A stretch of 64,000 bases of DNA from Verrucomicrobiota bacterium (GTDB lineage: Bacteria > Verrucomicrobiota > Verrucomicrobiia > Limisphaerales > SXTU01). The stretch lies in the NCBI GenBank assembly GCA_039796295.1, contig JBDKJY010000005.1:125324-189323 (forward strand), read 5' to 3'. Below are positions 28,371 to 38,617 of this stretch, piece after piece. Both the position numbers and the translations under genes were made by a program. The notes under the pieces are model-generated. The model ran no database searches. It worked only from the letters and a program-made list of their open reading frames with translations, and was not told where the DNA came from. Position 1 is the stretch's first letter; each line of letters starts with the position of its first letter.

Positions 28371-29540
28371 ATGCGTGTCGTGCAATCCTGTCACGGAAAG
28401 TTCCATCACTTCGACCTCGCGCGGCAACTGCACCAGCGCGGGGCGCTGGAGTGCATCTTCACGGGCTACCCGCGTTGGAAACTGCGCGACGAAAAGCTGC
28501 CCGCCGACAAGGTCCGCACCTTCCCGTGGCTGCCGAGCCTCTACATGGCGCGTGGGCATGTCGGCCTGACCAGCCCCGCGCTTGGGCGCCAACTGGCCTG
28601 GTGCGTCCGCCAGTCGCACGACTGGTTCGTCCGGCGCAACCTGCCCGACTGCGATGTGTTCGTCGGCATCTCGGGCGTCGCGCTCACCTCGGGTCGTCGC
28701 GCCCAGTCACACGGCGCGAAATACATTTGCGACCGTGGCTCGGCGCACATCGCCGCACACGACCGGTTGCTGCGCGAAGAGTTTGCCAAGCGCGGTGCGC
28801 CCTGCGAGGCCGTGGACCCGCGCGACCGGGAACGCGAGGAGGCTGAGTATGCGGCGGCGGACATCGTCACCGTGCCTTCATCCTTCGCCCAGCGCACCTT
28901 TGCCAGCGAAGGTGTGCCCATTCAGAAAGTGCGGCGGGTGGCCTACGGCATGGACCTCGCGCGCTTTCAACGCGTGGCACAGCCGCCGCCGGACAAGTTC
29001 GTCGTGCTCTTCGTCGGCGCGATTTCGTTCAACAAAGGTATTCCCTACCTGCTCGAAGCCTTCGCCAGCCTGAAGCATCCGCGCAAGGAACTGGTGCTCA
29101 TCGGCGTGCTGGCTCCGGAGATGGCAGCGTTCTGTCAGGGCAAACAGTTTCCCCGTGTCACCTTTGTCGGCCATCAGCCTCAGACCGAGTTACCGCGGTG
29201 GATGAGTCGCAGTCACGTGCTAGTGCTGCCGAGTCTGAGCGACGGCTTCGGCCTAGTCATGGGTCAGGCGATGGCGTGCGGTTGCCCGGTGATTGCCTCC
29301 GAGAACTCCGGCGGGCCGGACCTGATCGAGCCGGGCGTCACTGGCTTCATCATCCCCGCCGCCCAGAGCGAGCCGCTCCGTGAACGCCTCCAGCAACTCG
29401 CGGACGACCCGCTGCTCCAGCAATCCCTGGCCGAACACGCCTTGGCACACGCGCGGGAGCTCGGGGGCTGGGACACTTACGGGCGCGAGTATTTTGAAAT
29501 CTGCCGCCGCTTGCACGAAGGCCATGCTGCTGATTCTTGA
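28371..29540 (+). CDS. glycosyltransferase family 4 (GT-B)
   Basis: VLPSLSDGFGLVMGQAMACGCPVIASENSGGPDLIEPGVTGFIIP (EX7E region). The ATG abuts the upstream stop. Confidence 0.85.
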   Translation: MRVVQSCHGKFHHFDLARQLHQRGALECIFTGYPRWKLRDEKLPADKVRTFPWLPSLYMARGHVGLTSPALGRQLAWCVRQSHDWFVRRNLPDCDVFVGISGVALTSGRRAQSHGAKYICDRGSAHIAAHDRLLREEFAKRGAPCEAVDPRDREREEAEYAAADIVTVPSSFAQRTFASEGVPIQKVRRVAYGMDLARFQRVAQPPPDKFVVLFVGAISFNKGIPYLLEAFASLKHPRKELVLIGVLAPEMAAFCQGKQFPRVTFVGHQPQTELPRWMSRSHVLVLPSLSDGFGLVMGQAMACGCPVIASENSGGPDLIEPGVTGFIIPAAQSEPLRERLQQLADDPLLQQSLAEHALAHARELGGWDTYGREYFEICRRLHEGHAADS

Positions 29541-30657
29541 ATCCCATCCCATCCAGTATCGCGTGCCCGTTTACCAGTGCATGGAGCGGCTGCGGGCCGG
29601 CGCGTGCAAAGTCGTCTTCGGCACCGATGGCGCGGCGCGCGGTCACCACGACCCCGGCTTCGGACGTGAAGTGAAATGGGATTTGCCGTTGCTGGCTGGC
29701 TATCCGTTCGAGGTCTTGCACAACCAGATCGGCGCCACGCTCGACCACCGTTCCAGCCTGCATGGGAAAGGGGTGTTCGCCCTGCTCCAGCGCGAACGAC
29801 CGAGCGCCTTACTGCTCAACGGCCTCGTCTATCACCTCGACTTCTCGGCCTACCTCGGCGCGTTGCGCCTGGGCATCCCCGTGTGGCTGCGTTCGGAAAC
29901 GCAAGACGCTGCCTTTGCTCGCGCCCCGTGGAAGTCGGCCGTGCGCCGCCTGTGCTACCAAGCGCTCTATCGCCCGCTGCGGCGTGCCTTCTTCATCGGC
30001 GAATTGAACCGCCGACATCTGCTGCGCCACGGCGTGCGCCCTGAGCGTTTGCGCCCCGCCCGCTACTGTGTGGCCGACCCGTTGCGAGACGCGCCGTCCC
30101 GGGACAAGGAGCAGCGTCGCCGCGCCCTCCGGCAGCGGTTTGGCCTGCGCGAGCAGGAAGTCGTCGTGGCCTTCTTCGGCAAACTCATCCCGAAGAAGCA
30201 GCCGGACCTGCTATTTACGGCGCTCGGACAGTTGCCGTCGGCGTTGCGTCAGCGGGTGCGCTTGATGTTCGTCGGCTCCGGGGAAATGGAGGCGGAACTG
30301 CGCGCCAGCGGACCGAACGCGGTTTTCACCGGTTTCATTAACCAGAGCGAGTTGGCTGACTACTATCTCGCCGCCGACATCGTCGTGCTGCCCTCGCGCC
30401 GCATGGGCGAAACTTGGGGCCTCGTCGTGAACGAAGCGTTGCAAGCCGGCTGCGCGGTGACGGTTTCCGACGCGGTCGGGTGTGCCGAAGAATTCAAGTC
30501 GTGGGAGCGCGTGCGGGTGTTTCCCGCCGGGAACGCAGCCCAACTCGCGCAGTGCCTGACCAGCCTGGCGTCGCTGCCACGGGAGTTCGACTGGTGCCGC
30601 TCCCGACTGGCCGACTACAGCATCGAGGCGGCGGCGCGTGCCCTTCTGGAGCCATGA
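29524..30657 (+). CDS. glycosyltransferase (GT-B, family 4-like)
   Basis: In-frame ATG 29524 (MLLILESHPIQY) has a 17-nt overlap with the upstream gene. VVLPSRRMGETWGLVVNEALQAGCAVTVSDAVGC. Confidence 0.8.
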   Translation: MLLILESHPIQYRVPVYQCMERLRAGACKVVFGTDGAARGHHDPGFGREVKWDLPLLAGYPFEVLHNQIGATLDHRSSLHGKGVFALLQRERPSALLLNGLVYHLDFSAYLGALRLGIPVWLRSETQDAAFARAPWKSAVRRLCYQALYRPLRRAFFIGELNRRHLLRHGVRPERLRPARYCVADPLRDAPSRDKEQRRRALRQRFGLREQEVVVAFFGKLIPKKQPDLLFTALGQLPSALRQRVRLMFVGSGEMEAELRASGPNAVFTGFINQSELADYYLAADIVVLPSRRMGETWGLVVNEALQAGCAVTVSDAVGCAEEFKSWERVRVFPAGNAAQLAQCLTSLASLPREFDWCRSRLADYSIEAAARALLEP

Positions 30658-31715
30658 ACATCCTCTTTCTTGGCGACGACGATCCGCACTCCAGCGCCTG
30701 CCAGCGCGCGCAGGCCTTGGTCCGATGTGGACACCGCGTGCGTCACCTCAATCCAGTGCGCTCGTTGTCTCCTTCGCGCGTGCTCGGAAAAATCCACTAC
30801 CTGACCGGCTACGCGTTCGCCGCCGCAGGCATCGCGCGGCAGGTGCTCAGGCAAATAGCCGGCAAGCCATTCGACCTCGCCTGGGTGGATGGCGGCGCGA
30901 CCGTCAGCCGGGAGTTGGTCCTGGCGCTCCGGCAACAGTGTGGGCGCGTGGTGAACTACAACCTCGACGACCCCACCGGCCAGCGTGATGGCAACTTCTG
31001 GCGCACGTTCAAACATGCGTTGCCAGCCTACGATTTGTGCGTGGTGGTGCGCGACGAAAGCGCCGCTGAGTTCCGTGCCGCCGGCGCTTGCAACGTCATG
31101 CAAGTCTATCGCGGCTACGACGAGGTGGCGCACGCGGCTGGCGCGGTTTCGCCCGCCGACGAGGCGAAGTGGCGGGCCGCCGTCGTGTTCGTCGGCACCT
31201 GGATGCCGGAGCGCGGTGGCTTCCTGGTGCGACTGGTGCGCGCGGGCGTGCCGCTCGCCATTTACGGGAACCGCTGGGAGAAGGCCCCCGAGTGGAACGT
31301 CTTGCGGCCCGCGTGGCACGGTCCCGGCGTGCTCGGAGCCGACTACGTGAAGGCCATTCAATACGCGCAGATCAGCCTCGGCCTAGTCTCGCGCGGCAAC
31401 CGGGACTTGCACACGCAGCGCAGCGCGGAGATCCCCTTCATCGGCGGCTTGTTGTGTGCCGAGCGGACGCGGGAGCACTTGGCGATGTATCGCGATGGGG
31501 TTGAAGCCGTGTTTTGGCGCGATGCCGAGGAGTGTGCGCAGAAGTGTCAGTGGCTCTTAGCGAACCCGTCCGTTCGCCACGCCATCGTCGGCGCCGGGCA
31601 ACAACGCGCACGCGAACTTGGCCTGGCAAACGAGGCCACCGTGACCCGTATCCTAGAGCACCTCGCGGACGTTTTCCCCGCTGCTTCGACCAGAAAGGCC
31701 GTGTTGTGCAACTGA
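30654..31715 (+). CDS. CgeB-family glycosyltransferase-like protein
   Basis: ATGA overlap start (MNILFLGDDD). The C-terminal region HTQRSAEIPFIGGLLCAERTREHLAMYRDGVEAVFWRD resembles the Glyco_trans_1_2/CgeB type. Confidence 0.6.
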   Translation: MNILFLGDDDPHSSACQRAQALVRCGHRVRHLNPVRSLSPSRVLGKIHYLTGYAFAAAGIARQVLRQIAGKPFDLAWVDGGATVSRELVLALRQQCGRVVNYNLDDPTGQRDGNFWRTFKHALPAYDLCVVVRDESAAEFRAAGACNVMQVYRGYDEVAHAAGAVSPADEAKWRAAVVFVGTWMPERGGFLVRLVRAGVPLAIYGNRWEKAPEWNVLRPAWHGPGVLGADYVKAIQYAQISLGLVSRGNRDLHTQRSAEIPFIGGLLCAERTREHLAMYRDGVEAVFWRDAEECAQKCQWLLANPSVRHAIVGAGQQRARELGLANEATVTRILEHLADVFPAASTRKAVLCN

Positions 31716-33223
31716 AAATCCCCATTCCTCGCTTCGTGCGGTTGGATTGGGCGCTCGGTTTTGCGTCGCTCGTATTGGTGCTGCAAGTGGCCTGCGGCAC
31801 GACGCCCTTGTTTGCCGAGCTGGTGTTCATATTCACCATGCTGCTGGCCGGCACGGTGAACTTGCTGGGCGGGCTGCACACGGTGTCAGGCTTCTGCGTC
31901 GCCGTGTTCGGGCTCAAGACCGTCGTGGTGAGCCAGTTCGCCAAAGTGTGTTATTGGGAACCGGCACACCTCGAACTTAGTGAGCCGGTGACGAGCATGC
32001 TGGTGCTGGTGTGCGGCCTTGCGGGCATTGCCGTTGCGGCCTGGCTGACGCGTCCCTTCACGGTGAAGCAGCCGTTGCTCACCGCTTTCCAGGACGAGGA
32101 ATCACTGCGCGTGGCGGCATGGCTCACCGCCGGTCTGGGATTCGTGAGCATGGTGGGCATGATGGCGGTCGGAGCGGAAGACGGGATGATTCGCGTCGGC
32201 GGCGTGGCGGGGATTTTACGGCAACTTTCCTTCACGATGAAGCTGGCCGTGGTCTTCACCACCGCACACTGCCTCGTGCGCAGCGGTGGACGCCAGGCCA
32301 TCAACTGGCTCAACACCTCCGCGATGGGCACGATGTTCGTGTTCGGCCTGCTGACCGCGAGCAAGCAGATGATGTTCGAGCCGCCGCTGTTGTTTGCGGT
32401 GACAGCCGTGGCTTTCGGCTTCCGCTTTCGCGCGGCACATCTCGCTTCATTCCTGGCGCTAGGGCTGCTGGCGCAAGTGGTGTTGTTTCCCTTTGCCCAA
32501 GTCGCTCGAAACTTTGTGCGGGGCTACGGTCTCGTGCAATCGGTGGAGCACTCGGCCAGCTTTATTGCGGCGCTGGTCCGCACGGGTCGGCCACTGGCGC
32601 AACTCCACGCGGCGGTGGAGGTGGATGAAAACAGTTCGGAAGAAGGGCTGGCTTACTTTCGCGGCGCAAGCGGGTTCCTAGAGCGCTTCAGCATGATCAA
32701 GGCGGTGGACATCCTCGTGACGGAGACCTTGCGCGACGGCATCTCCGGCTGGGAAACCATCTCGCATGGCTTCCGAATGCTCGTGCCGCGCTTCCTGAAT
32801 CCCTCCAAGCCGGCCATGAACACGGGCAATTTCCTCGGCCACAAAGCCAAGATGCTCGGTGACAATGACGAGGGCACCCAGGTGTCGTTTGGTTTCATCG
32901 CCGACAGTTTCAGCGCCTTCAAGTGGTGGGGTGCATTCCTCGTGCCGTGCCTGCTGCTCACGGCCTTCGTGCTCGTCTATCGCACGCTGACCGGGCCGCT
33001 GGAGCGCAACGTCTGGTGCGCGTTCCTGATGTGCGACTTCCAGCACAGCTTCACCGAGCATCCCATCGCGTCCATGCTCATCAGTCTGGTGCTGGCCCCG
33101 GTGGGCTTTTACGGCTTGTTCCAGCTCATCTGTTTCACGCGGACATGGAGCCGGAAGCAGCGGCCGTTTCAATTCGGAGACCTCGCTGAAGCGCGTGCCC
33201 GAGCGGCTGCGCAACGGCCCTGA
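31706..33223 (+). CDS. polytopic membrane protein, candidate polysaccharide polymerase (Wzy-type)
   Basis: About 10+ hydrophobic segments and no soluble domain. The proposed start GTG 31706 has a 10-nt overlap with the upstream gene; the upstream part of the listed ORF is Arg-rich and overlaps it. Function is inferred from context. Confidence 0.45.
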   Translation: MQLKIPIPRFVRLDWALGFASLVLVLQVACGTTPLFAELVFIFTMLLAGTVNLLGGLHTVSGFCVAVFGLKTVVVSQFAKVCYWEPAHLELSEPVTSMLVLVCGLAGIAVAAWLTRPFTVKQPLLTAFQDEESLRVAAWLTAGLGFVSMVGMMAVGAEDGMIRVGGVAGILRQLSFTMKLAVVFTTAHCLVRSGGRQAINWLNTSAMGTMFVFGLLTASKQMMFEPPLLFAVTAVAFGFRFRAAHLASFLALGLLAQVVLFPFAQVARNFVRGYGLVQSVEHSASFIAALVRTGRPLAQLHAAVEVDENSSEEGLAYFRGASGFLERFSMIKAVDILVTETLRDGISGWETISHGFRMLVPRFLNPSKPAMNTGNFLGHKAKMLGDNDEGTQVSFGFIADSFSAFKWWGAFLVPCLLLTAFVLVYRTLTGPLERNVWCAFLMCDFQHSFTEHPIASMLISLVLAPVGFYGLFQLICFTRTWSRKQRPFQFGDLAEARARAAAQRP

Positions 33224-33227
33224 CCGC

Positions 33228-34352
33228 ATGAAACGGATTCTCATCTATCGGCTGGGCAGCCTGGGGGACACCGTCATCGCGCTGCCGTGCTTTCATCGGA
33301 TTCGCCGCCTGTTTCCCGACGCGGAGATCACGGTCCTGACGAACCAACCCGTCGCGGGGGCCGCCCCGCCGTTGCAATCGATCTTGGAAAACACCGGCAC
33401 GTTCGACTCCGTGCTCGCCTATCCGGTGGGCCTGGGCGGCTGGCGGGCGAAGGCGGCGCTCCGGCGCGAGTTGGCGGCGCGGAAGTTTGATTTGGTGGTC
33501 TCGCTCGCCAGTGCGCGCGGACGGGCTAGCAGCGTGCGCGACTGGCTGTTTTTCAAGTCCTGCGGCATTCCGCGCGTCATCGGCGTTCCGTTCAGTCGGC
33601 GACAACTGGCTTACCGCCTGGAGCCTGGCCAGACGCAGTTCGAGTGGGAGGCCCAGCGGCTCTTCGCACGGCTGGCCGCCTTCGGCCCGGCTTCGCTCGA
33701 CGACGACGCGCTGTGGGACTTACGCCTGACGCCCGGTGAACGCGCCGAAGCCAGCCGGCTCCTGCGCGAGCACCGGGTCGCGGCTCCGTTCCTTGCGCTC
33801 GCCGTCGGCACCAAAGTTTCGGCGAAGGACTGGGGCGAGGGGCGTTGGCAGCAACTCCTCCAGCAACTCGCCTCCCGCCACGCCCGCGTGCCGCTCGTGC
33901 TGCTGGGCGGACGCGAAGACCACGCGCGCAACGAACGCCTCGCCGCCGTCTGGCCCGGTGCCCGAGCGAATCTAGCGGGCCGGTGCAGCCCACGCGTGAG
34001 CGCGGCGGTGCTCGCGGACGCGCGGCTGTTCGCCGGGCCGGACAGCGGGCCGATGCACCTGGCCGCGTGCCTTGGCGTGCCGTGTGTCATCGTGTTCTCC
34101 GCGCGCAGCTTGCCGGGCCAGTGGTTTCCGCGCGGCAGCGGTCACACGATTCTGTATCGGACAGAATCGTGCCTCGGCTGTGCGCTCGACGAATGCGTCA
34201 CGCACCAATTGAAGTGCCTGACCTCCATCTCGGTTGCCGAAGTGGGGGCCGCCATGGAGCGACACCTCCACGGCGAACTAGCATCAACGCAACCACCGCA
34301 GCGGGAACTTTCTACCGCTGGTGCCGAGCTGGCGCGGACCTCTTCCCGCTGA
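33228..34352 (+). CDS. glycosyltransferase family 9 (heptosyltransferase-like)
   Basis: MKRILIYRLGSLGDTVIALPCFHRIRRLFPDAEITVLTN and GPDSGPMHLAA motifs. Confidence 0.85.
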   Translation: MKRILIYRLGSLGDTVIALPCFHRIRRLFPDAEITVLTNQPVAGAAPPLQSILENTGTFDSVLAYPVGLGGWRAKAALRRELAARKFDLVVSLASARGRASSVRDWLFFKSCGIPRVIGVPFSRRQLAYRLEPGQTQFEWEAQRLFARLAAFGPASLDDDALWDLRLTPGERAEASRLLREHRVAAPFLALAVGTKVSAKDWGEGRWQQLLQQLASRHARVPLVLLGGREDHARNERLAAVWPGARANLAGRCSPRVSAAVLADARLFAGPDSGPMHLAACLGVPCVIVFSARSLPGQWFPRGSGHTILYRTESCLGCALDECVTHQLKCLTSISVAEVGAAMERHLHGELASTQPPQRELSTAGAELARTSSR

Positions 34353-34355
34353 ACC

Positions 34356-35519
34356 ATGCGCATTCTTCGTGTCATTCGTTCCGTGAACCCCGCTGGCGGC
34401 GGGCCGGTGGAGGGCTTGAAACAAGTCTCCGCCGTGCTCGTTCAGCAGGGGCACTGGGTCGAGGTAGCTAGTCTCGACGCAGCGAACGAGTCCGGTGTCG
34501 CTGGCTTTCCGCTCCCGCTTCACGCGCTCGGCCATCGCCACGGTGGCTACGGCTACGCGTCGAGTTTCGTGTCCTGGGTCCGGGCGAACGCGGGCGACTT
34601 CGACGCCGTCATCGTGGACGGCGTGTGGCAATACCACAGCTTCGGCGTGTGGCGCGCTTTGCACGGCGGACGCACGCCTTACTTCATCTATCCGCACGGG
34701 ATGCTCGACCCGTGGTTCAAGCGGACGTATCCGCTCAAGCATCTCAAGAAATGGCTCTACTGGCCGTGGGCCGAATACCGCGTCTTGCGCGACGCCCGGG
34801 CGGTCCTGTTCACCTGCGACAGCGAGCGCGACCTCGCCCGCAGATCCTTCTGGCTCTACCGCTGCCGCGAGCGCGTGGTGAGCTTCGGCACCGCCGATCC
34901 GGCGGGCGACGCGCTCCGGGAGAAGGAGCAATTCCTCGCGGCCCACCCGCAACTGCGCGGCCAACGCTTCATCCTCTTCCTCGGGCGCGTGCATGTAAAA
35001 AAGGGCGTGGACCTTCTGCTCCGCGCGTTTGCGCAGGCCAGTGAGGTGCGGAGCAAGGGCGTTCAGCTCGTCATCGCCGGTCCCGGGACGCCTGAACTGT
35101 TCGCCGAACTCAAAGCCCTTGCCGCTCAACTCGGTGTGGCCGACCGCGTCCACTGGACGGGCTTGCTGCAAGGCGACCTCAAGTGGGGCGCGTTGCGTGC
35201 GGCGGATGTGTTCGCCCTGTCGTCGCACCAGGAAAACTTCGGGCTGGCCGTCGTCGAGGCGCTGGCGTGCGGCGTGCCCGTGCTCATTTCCGACAAGGTC
35301 AACATCTGCCGCGACATCGAGCGCGACGGCGGCGGCCTCGTGGCGACAGATGAGTTGCCGGACACGACCGCCATGCTGAACCGCTGGTGCGCCCTCCCGG
35401 AAGCCCAGCTGCAGCGGATGCGCGCCCAGGCCCGGGCGTGCTTTGTGCAACGCTACGAAATCCGCCGCGTCGCCGAGTTGCTCCTGGAGACGCTGTGTGA
35501 AAGCGGGGTGGCCGGATGA
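34356..35519 (+). CDS. glycosyltransferase family 4
   Basis: MRILRVIRSVNPAGGGPVEG...; VFALSSHQENFGLAVVEALACGVPVLISD. Confidence 0.85.
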   Translation: MRILRVIRSVNPAGGGPVEGLKQVSAVLVQQGHWVEVASLDAANESGVAGFPLPLHALGHRHGGYGYASSFVSWVRANAGDFDAVIVDGVWQYHSFGVWRALHGGRTPYFIYPHGMLDPWFKRTYPLKHLKKWLYWPWAEYRVLRDARAVLFTCDSERDLARRSFWLYRCRERVVSFGTADPAGDALREKEQFLAAHPQLRGQRFILFLGRVHVKKGVDLLLRAFAQASEVRSKGVQLVIAGPGTPELFAELKALAAQLGVADRVHWTGLLQGDLKWGALRAADVFALSSHQENFGLAVVEALACGVPVLISDKVNICRDIERDGGGLVATDELPDTTAMLNRWCALPEAQLQRMRAQARACFVQRYEIRRVAELLLETLCESGVAG

Positions 35520-36619
35520 ACATCACCGTGGTGCAAGGCGCGTTCCTGCCCGTCCCGCCCATCATGGGTGGCGGCGTGGAAAAGGTGTGGTCCGCGCTCA
35601 CGCAGGAGTTCGTCCGGCGCGGCCACGCGGTCACGCACCTCTCGCGTCGGCATCCGCAACTGCCGGATGCGGAGACCCGCGACGGCGTGCGGCACGTTCG
35701 GTTGCCGGGTTTCGATTCACCGCGAGGGATGCTGCGGCGGCAGTGCGAGGACTTCATCTACTCGCTGCGGGCGGTGCGGGCATTGCCGGACGCGGACATC
35801 CTTGTCACGAACACTTTTTGGCTGCCATTGCTGGTCCGGAACGCACGCCACGGCAAACTCTACGTTCACATCGCGCGCTACCCGAAGCGCCAGATGGCGC
35901 TGTATCGGCGCGCGGACCGCTTGCAAGCAGTGTCCTGTCCCGTGGCCGACGCCGTGCGCGCGCAGGTCCCGGCGCTGGCCGACAAAGTCCGCGCCCTCCC
36001 CAACCCGCTGTCGTTCGAGCAGTATCACGTTTCGCCTCAACCAACGGCTGTGCCGCCGGTGATTCTCTATGTTGGGCGCGTGCATCCCGAGAAAGGACTC
36101 GAGCTGCTGGTGCGCGCGTGCGCCCGGCTCTCCGTCGCGCACCAACTGCGCATCGTGGGGCCGTGGCAGACCGAGTTCGGCGGCGGCGGCGAGGCTTATC
36201 ATCAGCAGTTGCGCTCGCTGGCCGCACCGGAGCGGGTTTCGTTCACCGGCCCGATTTTCCAAGCGACGGAACTCAATGCTCAGTTCGATGCCGCCACGCT
36301 GTTTGTCTATCCGTCGCTCGCCGAGAAAGGCGAAACCTTCGGCCTAGCTCCGCTGGAGGCGATGGCGCGGAGCCGTGTTGCGCTCGTGTCTGACCTCGCG
36401 TGCTTCCGGGATTTTCTCCGCGACGGCGAGAACGGCTTTGTCTTCAACCACCGCGCCGCCGACCCCGTGGAAGAACTCACGCGGAGCATGGCTTCCCTCC
36501 TCGGCGCGCCCGAGCAACTCGCCGCCCTCGCTCCGCGTGCCTACGCCACCGCGAAGGAATTTGCGTTGCCGCAGGTCGCGGGGCGCTACCTCGCGGATTT
36601 CCAATCGCTGCTCACCTGA
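35516..36619 (+). CDS. glycosyltransferase family 4
   Basis: ATGA overlap start; MGGGVEKVW; VYPSLAEKGETFGLAPLEAMARSRVALVSD. Confidence 0.85.
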   Translation: MNITVVQGAFLPVPPIMGGGVEKVWSALTQEFVRRGHAVTHLSRRHPQLPDAETRDGVRHVRLPGFDSPRGMLRRQCEDFIYSLRAVRALPDADILVTNTFWLPLLVRNARHGKLYVHIARYPKRQMALYRRADRLQAVSCPVADAVRAQVPALADKVRALPNPLSFEQYHVSPQPTAVPPVILYVGRVHPEKGLELLVRACARLSVAHQLRIVGPWQTEFGGGGEAYHQQLRSLAAPERVSFTGPIFQATELNAQFDAATLFVYPSLAEKGETFGLAPLEAMARSRVALVSDLACFRDFLRDGENGFVFNHRAADPVEELTRSMASLLGAPEQLAALAPRAYATAKEFALPQVAGRYLADFQSLLT

Positions 36620-37167
36620 TGGAATTCACGACCCACCACCAGTCCTCGCCTTACGTCAGCCCGTGGCCGCTGCGGCTACGGCTGAAGCTGCTCGCTTGGG
36701 AATACTGCTGGCTGCTGTTCTGCGCGTGGACGCCCAAGCCGCTCAACGCCTGGCGGCTGCTCTGGCTCCGAGCGTTCGGCGCGCGGTTGAGCGGCGTGCC
36801 GTTCGTCCACCAACGCGCGCGCGTGGCGATGCCGTGGAACTTGGAGCTGCGCCACCGCGCCTGCCTGGGCGACGGGGCGAACGCCTATTCGCTCGGCTCG
36901 ATTCTCATCGAAGAGGACGCCACGGTGGCGCAGGAAGCATACCTCTGCGCCGGCACGCACGACTTCTCCCACACTGCGCTGCCGCTGCTCACCGCGCCCA
37001 TCGTCGTGGGCGCGCGGGCGTTCGTGGGCGCGCGGGCGTTCGTGATGCCCGGCGTGGCGGTGGGCTCTGACGCGATTGTGGGCGCGTGCTCCGTCGTCAC
37101 GCGCGATGTGCCGCCGCGCACCATCAACGCGGGCAATCCCTGCAAAGTCCTCCGGCCCCGCGCATGA
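36619..37167 (+). CDS. hexapeptide-repeat O-acetyltransferase (WcaF-like)
   Basis: The start overlaps the upstream stop (TGATG). N-terminal membrane-proximal WLLFCAWTPKPLNAWR, then left-handed beta-helix repeats ...VGARAFVGARAFVMPGVAVGSDAIVGACSVV. Confidence 0.8.
   Translation: MEFTTHHQSSPYVSPWPLRLRLKLLAWEYCWLLFCAWTPKPLNAWRLLWLRAFGARLSGVPFVHQRARVAMPWNLELRHRACLGDGANAYSLGSILIEEDATVAQEAYLCAGTHDFSHTALPLLTAPIVVGARAFVGARAFVMPGVAVGSDAIVGACSVVTRDVPPRTINAGNPCKVLRPRA
37006..37041 (+). repeat. perfect 18-bp tandem duplication (one hexapeptide unit, VGARAF x2)
   Basis: gtgggcgcgcgggcgttc occurs twice back to back, in frame. Confidence 0.95.
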
Positions 37168-37976
37168 AGCTCTCGCTCGTCAACGAAGCGCATCCTGACG
37201 TGTCCGTGCTGCGGAGCGCGCTTGACCGCTTCTACCAGAATTCCCCGGACTACGGCGCGTTCGTCGCGCCGAGCGACCAGTCGAACTGCTGGCGGTTCGT
37301 GGTGGAGAAAGTCGAAGCCGTCATTACCCGCAATGGTTCCTGCCGCGTGCTGGAAATCGGCGCAGGCCGCACCGGGTTCCGCCAGTTTTGCACCACGCGC
37401 AAACTTCACTTCGCCGTGCAGGACGTGACGGCGCTGAACGCGGAGTATCTACGCACTCAAGCGGACGAGGTGTTCATCGGCGACCTCACGACGGTCACGG
37501 GCTGCTACGATGTCATCTTCAGCACATTCGTCTTCGAGCACATCACGAACCCCCGCGCGACGCTGGAGCGCACGTGGGCGATGGTGGAGCCGGGCGGAGC
37601 GCTGTTCGTCTTCTGTCCGCGTTACGACCTGCCGTTCTATCTGCCGCCTTCCTTGGACCACCAACCGCTGGTCCTGCGCTGGCAGGCGGGACTGTTCCTG
37701 CTCGGGCAGCGCGTGCGGACGTGGCTCGGCGGCCCGCCGACCTTTCTGATTGCGACGGACCCGTCTGTGTTCCACCGCGAATGGGCCCGGGACCGCGACG
37801 CCATTCACCTCGTGTCGCTGTTTGACTTGGCGGCTTTCGCGCGCGGTCGCGGCCATCTTCGGCGCTTCACGCTGGCAAGCGGCAGCGTGAAAGACTGGGT
37901 CGTGAAAAATCTGCTGCAAGTGAACGCGGTCCTCGAGAAGCCGGACGCGGACATGTCGCCCCACCCAACAACATGA
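37164..37976 (+). CDS. class I SAM-dependent methyltransferase
   Basis: ATGA overlap start (MKLSLVNE). Motif I VLEIGAGRTG. YDVIFSTFVFEHI. Confidence 0.75.
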   Translation: MKLSLVNEAHPDVSVLRSALDRFYQNSPDYGAFVAPSDQSNCWRFVVEKVEAVITRNGSCRVLEIGAGRTGFRQFCTTRKLHFAVQDVTALNAEYLRTQADEVFIGDLTTVTGCYDVIFSTFVFEHITNPRATLERTWAMVEPGGALFVFCPRYDLPFYLPPSLDHQPLVLRWQAGLFLLGQRVRTWLGGPPTFLIATDPSVFHREWARDRDAIHLVSLFDLAAFARGRGHLRRFTLASGSVKDWVVKNLLQVNAVLEKPDADMSPHPTT

Positions 37977-38602
37977 AAGGAAACGCCTTTATCAAACTGG
38001 GCCGTGTGGTTGCTCACCTGGCGACGCATCCGCGCCATGTCGGCGCGTATCTCACGCACGGGCTGTTGTGCCGCCGCAGTCCATTGGAGCTGGGCGTGCC
38101 GTGGTTTGCCCAGTCCGCCATCGAGTTTCTGGAGGGCCACGTAACAAAGGCCATGCACGTCTTCGAGTATGGCTCGGGCGGCTCGACGGTCTTCTTCGCG
38201 CGGCGGGCGGCGACGGTCCTTTCCACCGAGGACAACGAAGACTGGCTGCAACTGGTGCAGCAGGCGGTGGCGCAGGAGAAGTTGTCGAACGTCCGGCTCC
38301 ATCACCATCCCTACGACTTCCACCACGCGGACGACTTTGCGCAATCGGCCTACCTGCGCTCGCTGCCCGATGCGCCGATGGACATCATCGTGGTGGATGG
38401 CATGGAGGAGGCCACGCCGGTGCGTCCGCAGTGTTTCCGGCATGCCGAGACGCGCATCAAGCCCGGCGGCATCATCATCGTGGACGACTCGTGGCGTTAT
38501 CTGGAGCTGCGCACGAGCCACCGGGCCAAGTCCTGGCGTGAGTTCCGCAGCACGGGACCGTGCCGTCCAGGCGTTACGTCCACGGACATCTATTTCTACT
38601 GA
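37973..38602 (+). CDS. class I SAM-dependent methyltransferase-like protein
   Basis: ATGA overlap start; VFEYGSGGSTVFFA (motif I-like); DIIVVDG; GGIIIVDD. Confidence 0.6.
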   Translation: MKGNAFIKLGRVVAHLATHPRHVGAYLTHGLLCRRSPLELGVPWFAQSAIEFLEGHVTKAMHVFEYGSGGSTVFFARRAATVLSTEDNEDWLQLVQQAVAQEKLSNVRLHHHPYDFHHADDFAQSAYLRSLPDAPMDIIVVDGMEEATPVRPQCFRHAETRIKPGGIIIVDDSWRYLELRTSHRAKSWREFRSTGPCRPGVTSTDIYFY

Positions 38603-38617
38603 CCGTTCCGCTTCACC

